Assembly (NCBI RefSeq): GCF_006345805.1
Contig: NC_043012.1
Coordinates: forward strand, 41,106,001 to 41,170,000
Reading direction: 5' to 3'
DNA: 64,000 nucleotides
Source of the DNA: Octopus sinensis
Taxonomy: Eukaryota
In this document: in pieces, positions 56,516-64,000 of the stretch
How the letters are laid out: every line of letters starts with the position of its first letter
How positions within the stretch are numbered: the stretch's first letter is position 1
Program-made: the position numbers and the translations under genes
Notes under the pieces: generated by a model
What the model was told of the DNA's origin: nothing
Seen by the model: the letters and a program-made list of their open reading frames with translations, nothing else
Databases searched by the model: none

Positions 56516-57279
56516 GCCACAGATCAATCCTACTCCATTTGACTGATCATCAAAAGCCTTCCATTCATGACCATCCCATCAATAGTTTATGTTCGGGGGG
56601 AACTTTGTCTACTATTTCTTGCAGGTCGAGCACTTACAGAGAAGCTCCCACCTTGTCTCCTTTGATATCTTTCGTCGTTTATTTTAATTTCTTGTATAAA
56701 TGCTGGGGAGCCAGGATAGACTTGTACAGTCCACCATGGCCCTTACATATCGTTTATACACATTTGATGTTTGTTTGCTAGTCAAAATTCAGCACTAATG
56801 AGGATATGAGGGTTCCGTGCTTGTGCGTCCCTTTTATTTCTTTACTGAATCTCTTAATATTTGCTGTGAATTTCGTGGAAGTGTTGTATGTAGCTCCTAT
56901 TATTTGAGTCTCCTGTGTTGTCTGGTATGTTGAGTTAATGTTGTGGCTTGTAAAGTTAGTGTTGTGAAACAGTTGTGTTAAGTGTGATGGCTGTTTGTAT
57001 TTGATGCTGTCTTGTGTCCATGGTAAGAAGAGAAACCGTGTAGTTAATAACTGCTACACCAAGTCTGCTGTTGTGGTGTCAGGTCTTTAAAATTATTTAT
57101 ACAGAGCTGCGGTAATTGTGCACGACTCTACCACAACGTATCATCAGATGAAAGGATGAGCCTATATGAGCAGAAGACTATACCTGGATATGTTAGTAGA
57201 GCTCCGTGATGATGGTAAGATCGATCATCAAAGCAGTTTCTCATGGACCAATAACCGGATTACTACCTCTCACTTTGAA

Positions 57280-57895
57280 TCCAGGAACAGGAAATATCGA
57301 CCAAGTACCTGATGCACAAAAGGGATAGAGATGCAGGAAAATATGACAACCGGTTCACACCGATCATAATCGGTTGTCCTAAAATGTCATCACGGTATTA
57401 TCTAGCGATGAGACATGATGTTGTGGCTAGGACACTATACAATAAAATCTGTCGGCAGATAACTCTTAGGACAAAGAAATAAGAACCCACAGTATATTAG
57501 AAGCCATAGCCACTCTTAATAAAACGGATTACTGGTGAAGTGTCCCAGTCAAGACCTCAATAAAATGCAAGCACAACAGAGCTGGTATAATGATTTGGGA
57601 TACAGAAGAGAAACTGTGCACAATTGTGGAAATTAGCTGCCCAGCGGATGCTAATATAAAACTGAAGATCAGTGAAAAAGACAACACCTACGCTGATCTA
57701 TTGAGAAATCTGCAGTTACTCTATCCAGATTACAAATTCAGGTTTATACCTGTAATTATTGGGGTCCTGGGATATGTAATACACTGCTTAAATACCAATC
57801 TTGAGAAATTAACCTTCTCAAAACCAGAAAGGAGAAAGCTAATTCGAAGACTACAGATCCAATCCATCACTGGAACTGTAAAAATCTGTAAAACT
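57280..57895 (+). mobile_element. R4/Dong-type (restriction-like endonuclease) non-LTR retrotransposon 3' fragment
   Basis: IIGCPKMSSRYYLAMRHDVVARTLY (zinc knuckle/RHD), KHNRAGIMIWD...IVEISCP...EKDNTYADL...IPVIIGVLG (degenerate PD..D/E RLE); ends in (TA)n(TATG)n. Confidence 0.8.
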
Positions 57896-57904
57896 TTATA
57901 TATA

Positions 57905-57940
<36 letters not shown>

Positions 57941-57942
57941 TG

Positions 57943-57973
<31 letters not shown>

Positions 57974-57975
57974 TA

Positions 57976-58083
57976 TAGCTTATCCCGTCCCCCTCCGACT
58001 TTTATATATATTAGCTCATCCCATATATAATGCGGTTTTTTCAATTACATGACCTAAAAGTCGGAGGGGAACGGGATAAGCTA
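57976..58083. repeat. 108-bp miniature inverted-repeat element, 29-bp arms with one mismatch
   Basis: TAGCTTATCCCGTCCCCCTCCGACTTTTA ... TAAAAGTCGGAGGGGAACGGGATAAGCTA. Confidence 0.85.
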
Positions 58084-58749
58084 CTTGCATCAACTTGCTG
58101 TAAAAGCAGAAAGTAATTTTACGCTGAACTTATTCTTAGTGTACTTAGCCGGCAGCTAACGTTTGAAGTCATCTGTCATCGCCTGCGCTTCGCGGTCAAT
58201 CAAACACAGCATCAATCCTCGGTTGATACAATTCACCTCTCTCATCTGGAACACCTTTTGTTTCTGTGTTGCTTCGTCTAGCTTCGTTTCTCGGGGGTAT
58301 GTTTTCGCATTTTTTCGTCACTGGGTGCAACTTTTTGGTATCTTCTTGTTTCAGAACCAGTTTTAACATCCAGTCGCTTGCAGAAAGTCGACAAAGAGTG
58401 ACATGACTGCAATTATCAATTAGAGTTGATCCACGACCGCCTTCTTTACGATTAGATCTGTGTCTGGTTTTGGTTGATGCATCCGTTGCATTGCTTTCAG
58501 GCTTCGTAATTTGACATCAACTCTGTTGATCACAAATAGGGACCAGTTTATAATATTCAAGCTCTAACTCATTACAAGCGTTTTAGCACAACTGATAGCA
58601 AGCGTTTTACACCCTCGCTTTTGTTTCTCTCATTCAGCTACTTTCAGAATGAATCTTACATTTCGGTACCACTCCTAATTTATATTTTCTCTCATTAGAA
58701 AGTGTTTAACATTGTTTCCTTCACACACTCCTAGATACTAATAACTACC

Positions 58750-59245
58750 CTGAGGTTCTAATTATTCTAAGTCGGTGTCTCTATCTAGGTTGATGCGACA
58801 TGTATTTGATAGTTTCCCCTTGGTAATTGTAGCCTTGGGGGGATTTATGAAGCCCGTATTCCATGTTGCTATTATCACTAAATTGTTTGAGTGTGTAGGA
58901 GTTGTTGGTCATTGTTTTGCGGATAGTTTCAAGTCGTGCAGAGATGGCTAAGCGTTTCTCCATACACTTTGTATCCACAATTTGTTTGATTCAGGAGTAT
59001 ACATACAGAAAAAAAATGCTAAGCATAATAGCAAAGGAGATAATGAGTCCCCTTGAAGGATTCCATTATCGGTATGGAATTGTCTTACGTTTATATTTGT
59101 AGCATCAGTGTTGAGAATGCCGCTTTTCGGGAGCTTCATTGGGTGAGATACAAGATTCCTGATTATTGGTGAAATTTTCAATCTCTCCATACATTCCTTT
59201 CTCCAACTGGATGAAAGACTGCCAAATGCCTTCTTGTTTAACATT
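58750..59245 (-). mobile_element. R4/Dong-type reverse transcriptase fragment
   Basis: KKAFGSLSSSW..C...LKISP.I, GILQGDSLSPLLLCLA and KQFSDNSNMEYGLHK, frameshifted. Confidence 0.75.
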
Positions 59246-59249
59246 ATTA

Positions 59250-60073
59250 CTAGCAGAGATACCCGGTGTTGCTCGGGATTAAAATGGCAGTGTTTATATA
59301 TATAATACAGCTACGTTGAAACTGGTGATACTGGAAAGTGCGGTATTGTGGAGTAAATGAAGGGCTAATTCGACTACGCGACATGCCATGCGCCCGTTTG
59401 GAGCATTCCGAACCCTAACCTGTCATAGAAAATTTGGAGTGGGGGCATGCGATTTTTGAACGCACCGAAATGCTGTCAGTGGATATACTCTCCTTTGCGG
59501 GACCCATCGTCTGAAGTTTTGATACCCACTTCGGGTTTGTTGTCCTATATCACTCATAAAGTAAATTTGGAGGAACTATGGTTGTTCATTTGTGGGTAAC
59601 AGGGAACCAATGTGGTGGTAGATTTTCCCTTGAACTTTGAACGTCGGCGTAAATCCATGTTCGTCTTTCTTTTTAGATGCACCAAACGATACCATTTGAA
59701 ACGTAAAGTGGTATTGTCTGATGTTGTTCAGAAAATCCTTTGACTGGATGGAAGTGCCTTCCAGAAGATCCATATGAGGTTAAAGAAAAGCTGGTAGTGC
59801 TGGCAATCTTATCATACCGCCTGAGCAGCGCATGCCATTAGTTTCATGTGGAAATTTTAAAGCTTTGCAGGAACGACAATTTAACACGGCAATTTGGACA
59901 AAATTATCATGTTTATAAGAATAGGGTGGATCATATCTGAAAGCGGCTCCAGAAGTTGTGAAGAACGAATTTGTATGTGGTCTGTTTCTGAGAGCTATTC
60001 TATTGGATCGCTGTCCACTCATTAAAATGTTTTAATGATGTAGCGTTAAGTGCTGCAGCATGCATTTGTTGAT
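59250..60073 (-). mobile_element. Helitron deletion derivative with RepHel N-terminal remnants (5' end uncertain)
   Basis: Minus-strand ORFs CRSCKALKFPHETNGMRCSGG.IRLP and FLNNIRQY..FQMVSFGA...GFTPTFKVQGKIYHHIGSLLP; 3' terminus CTAG|T at 59250 with subterminal hairpin CCCGAGCAACACCGGG. Confidence 0.82.
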
Positions 60074-60410
60074 CTTGGGAAAGTCTCGGCTCCCTTCTCT
60101 CTTGGGACTCAGCACGTGACCTTGCAGGTGGGGCCCAGTTAGAATTTTCTTCAGGTCGAGTAGCCCATCCTACTCAAAAGGTCCCTGAATAAGGGTTGTT
60201 TAAGGATGATCTGTTTCGGAGGGCTTCCGGGTCAGATACTATCATGGATCTAGAAATCCCTTGCCTGTCGGTAGTATCGGGAAGCACTACCAGTTCGAGA
60301 TAAACTCTAGAAGCTCGGAAGTGCATCCAGATGGGACAGCGCAAGATGCGCGTTAAGAGACGAAATCGTTCTGGACGCATTCGTACAGTGTCCGAGTATT
60401 GCTGAATCGT

Positions 60411-61128
60411 GGAGATATGTCGAAGTCGAATGGCTGTTATGACATGTGGGAGATATGTCGAATAGCTGTTATGACATGTGGGAGATATGTCGAAGTCGAA
60501 TAGCTGTTATGACATGTAGGAGATATGTCGAAGTCGAATAGCTGTTATGACATGTGGGAGATATGTCGAATAGCTGTTATGACATGTGGGAGATATGTCG
60601 AAGTTGAATAGCTGTTATGACATGTGGGAGATATGTCGAAGTCGAATAGCTGTTATGACATGTGGGAGATATGTCGAAGTCGAATAGCTGTTATGACATG
60701 TGGGAGATATGTCGAAGTCGAATAGCTGTTATGACATGTAGGAGATATGTCGAAGTTGAATAGCTGTTATGACATGTGGGAGATATGTCGAAGTCGAATA
60801 GCTGTTATGACATGTAGGAGATATGTCGAAGTCGAATAGCTGTTATGACATGTGGGAGATATGTCGAATAGCTGTTATGACATGTGGGAGATATGTCGAA
60901 GTTGAATAGCTGTTATGACATGTGGGAGATATGTCGAAGTCGAATAGCTGTTATGACATGTGGGAGATATGTCGAAGTTGAATAGCTGTTATGACATGTG
61001 GGAGATATGTCGAATAGCTTCTTTCACATGTGAGAGATATGTTGAATAGCTGTTATCACTTGTGGGAAACAAGTCGAACAGCTGTTATCACATATTTGGG
61101 AGATATGTCGAATAGCTGCTATCACATG
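60411..61128. repeat. Minisatellite, about 20 units of 38 bp (GGAGATATGTCGAAGTCGAATAGCTGTTATGACATGTG) and 32 bp (lacking one GTCGAA)
   Basis: Units counted directly; no unique spacers; units degenerate towards the right end. Confidence 0.95.
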
Positions 61129-61748
61129 ATGGTTTCGATTATCAGCCGAATCCACCCTGAGGATCGTCCCACCATCTACTTTTAACAAGACAGGGCAGAT
61201 AATATTCCTCTATCTAATGGCTATGGCGAAAGAGCTTGTGTGTAGCACGTGGTTAAAATGATTGAGGAGAGACACCTTCAATTTCGGTTAAACCCTCATC
61301 GACATTTCTAAGTTCCACTTGGATAGATAAGTGAGGATGTAGTGGTAAAAGCTACCACCCAGTGAGTTTGTGAAAAGATGTGAGGCAAAAATGGCTAGAG
61401 TGATCTTTCTCTTGGCATGTACCTAAAAATTTGAAAATATGAAAGAGGGTTCGTGGCTTTGTTGGTTAGAGTAATCCCGGGTCTGTAAGATTCTTTGATT
61501 GGCTCTCGTTGGAGTTTCTCCGGGATCAGGAGGACTGCTTCATTCATGTTATCTCATACTTTATATATTACGTATACTTATATTCGCATTTCACCGCCTT
61601 TTCCATTTCTTTCTCCTCGACTTTCATGTAAACCCCGACACAAAGATTGTTGTCTGCCCTTGTGATGTCCCCACCCATCCTTTTCCCCTGCCAAATAAAA
61701 GAAATCAACGCCACCACCTGCACCACAAAACCTACTACTACTACTACT

Positions 61749-61786
<38 letters not shown>

Positions 61787-62072
61787 TTACTACTACTACT
61801 TTTAATGTTGCACACATCCTTTTGGCAAACTCACGCATTCTTTTTCTTCTCCCCCCTCCCCATGCACATCTTGTCAAGCCCTGAATGCTTTAAAACAAGA
61901 AATCGGATTAATTAAGTCGAGACGGGAGTGACTTTTCCTTTTAAAGAGAATAATGAAAACGAGGGGAATGCGCAGATAGACAGACAGACGGACGGACAGA
62001 CGGACAGCCAAACAGACAGACAGAGAAATAGATATGTAAATATATGTATAAATAAGTGTATATATCTAAATG

Positions 62073-62117
<45 letters not shown>

Positions 62118-62166
62118 GGCGGTGCCCCAGCATGGCCACAGCTCGTGAGCTGAAACTAGATAAAAT

Positions 62167-62209
<43 letters not shown>

Positions 62210-62496
62210 AGTATTATTGTTTACGATATCAAGTGTCATAGCATGCGTAAAAGAAGTGTGCTGGTGCTATTTGTAGAACCCTTAATTATTAATATATATA
62301 TATATATATAGGGAGAGAGAAGGCTAGGAAAGATTCAAATCATAGCATCAACGCTCTTAAGTGGAGAGGCGTGGGTAGGCCTTCCTAATTCTGCACACAG
62401 CTGTAAACCTAAAAATGGATGAGTGTATACATGTGTGTACGTATGGTAGACACAAGCGCACGTGTACACATAGATGATTATATATATATGCATGTA

Positions 62497-62566
<70 letters not shown>

Positions 62567-62714
62567 GAACATACATACACTCTTGTAGGCGGTACACTGG
62601 GAGAAACTTGTAAGAAAATAGTATATCACACATCGACGCATGCATATATACACGTACATACCCACTTACAATTATACAAGTATACAATCAACATTACATA
62701 CATACATGCATACA

Positions 62715-62750
<36 letters not shown>

Positions 62751-63328
62751 TATATACTCGGTAGATGTCAACGCGTGACCGAGTAAGACCACTTCCTAAA
62801 CTCACTAAGTCTTTGCAAATGTTCTGATAACCCAAGAAGTTCCTGTGCGTGAGTCTACTTTCAGTGGGCGAAATGTTGCACAACCCTAAACCCACTCCTA
62901 AATGCAACCAGCAATAAAACCAGGTGATACTTTAGGATTTTTGAAAACAAATTTTAATACAAGTTTACCTTCTTCTAGAAGAAAGAATTGACAAAAGCTA
63001 AGGTTTCTTCATACCGAGTGGTTTACATGTTGGTTAACCCATAAGTGGGATCTTGAAAGGTGTTACTATTCAGGGTCAGATAAGATCTGGGGACACTAGT
63101 GGCTTAGAGGTGGTCTCACACTATTCAAAACACTGGAACTCCCGTATCAGGGCCCTACTACCGGATGCTGTTTACTACTATAGAAACCAATAGCAATTAT
63201 CTTTGTAAACACCTCTTCTCGTCACACCTTTCTCTTTCGGGTTATAAAAGAAAAAAAAAACAGGTGGCGATTTAAATACTGAGTATATGCTGTACACATT
63301 CACTTGCACTACACTCACCCACATACAC

Positions 63329-63382
<54 letters not shown>

Positions 63383-63567
63383 TTACACACACATATACAA
63401 ACACATGCACGCACGAAAGCAAAGGCGCAAAATTGTTATGATCTTTGGACAATAAGTGACGAGGGGTGAGCTTGTCCACGTCTTGTGTGGGATTTTCCCG
63501 TCTGCTCATTTGTCGTCTTTCTGTTCATTCTATACATATATATATATATAATATATATATATATATA

Positions 63568-63954
63568 CTAGCAGTATCGCCCGGCGTTGCTCGGGTTTGT
63601 AAGGGAAATAACTATACAGCATTTTTAGAGAGTTATAGCCAAAAAATAGCAAAAAAATGCATTAAAAATGGAAAAAATATGATGGTAATTTTTTTTTAAA
63701 TCGTTGACTCATCGTAGACATTTTTAGAGAGTTACTTCCCTTTAAAAAATATGCATGAAAATGGAAAAAATGAGGTAAATTATTTTTAAAATCGTAGACT
63801 CATCGTAGACAAGCGCTAATACCCAGAAGGGCTCGATATGAATCACGACTATAAGATACCCGGTTTTGGTTAAACTGCACCGCAAAATGTGGGAGTAGTT
63901 AGGAATCTAAATCGAAGGGGACAGACACTCACACAACTACAGTTTTATATATAA

Positions 63955-63957
<3 letters not shown>
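63568..63957 (-). mobile_element. Complete 390-bp non-autonomous Helitron
   Basis: Minus strand reads A|TCTTTATATATAAAAC ... hairpin CCCGAGCAACGCCGGG ... CTAG|T; inserted in (TA)n; internal about 100-bp tandem duplication. Confidence 0.82.
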
Positions 63958-63995
<38 letters not shown>

Positions 63996-64000
63996 TCATG

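Noticed and set aside
56044-56781. His-rich, Asp/Gly-rich and Met/Val-rich ORFs
   Set aside because: They are all frames of one compound trinucleotide microsatellite.
60411-61000. Tandem p53 response elements in the minisatellite (GACATGT)
   Set aside because: TGACATGTGG does not fit RRRCWWGYYY, and half-sites are not paired.
60411-61128. CRISPR-like array
   Set aside because: Units are head-to-tail with no unique spacers, there are no cas genes, and the context is eukaryotic.

Overview
Animal genomic DNA, very AT-rich, saturated with (TA)n, (CA)n, (TATG)n and (CTAT)n microsatellites and tRNA-derived SINEs. The repeat style suggests an octopod cephalopod, but that is inference only. The only host gene I can support is the 3' part of a + strand TRPC-family cation channel, closest in motifs to the TRPC3/6/7 type. 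Six exons are visible between 1953 and 45582; the last five form a phase-consistent chain to a stop codon. I could not find exons for roughly S3-S5, which may lie in the 100-N gap at 3087-3186. The introns and downstream region contain fossils of mariner, CR1, RTE, R4/Dong-type, Penelope-like (GIY-YIG) and Helitron elements, seven foldback (long inverted repeat) structures and a 38/32-bp minisatellite. The most interesting signal is a set of hammerhead ribozyme motifs read by eye. One looks intact (type I, minus strand, 7408-7499). Several minimal or variant cores also occur, including outward-facing pairs at the centre of two foldbacks, one with a compensatory G3-C8 core. Almost all entries in the supplied ORF track are microsatellite artefacts. 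No database searches or folding programs were run, and repeat boundaries are approximate.
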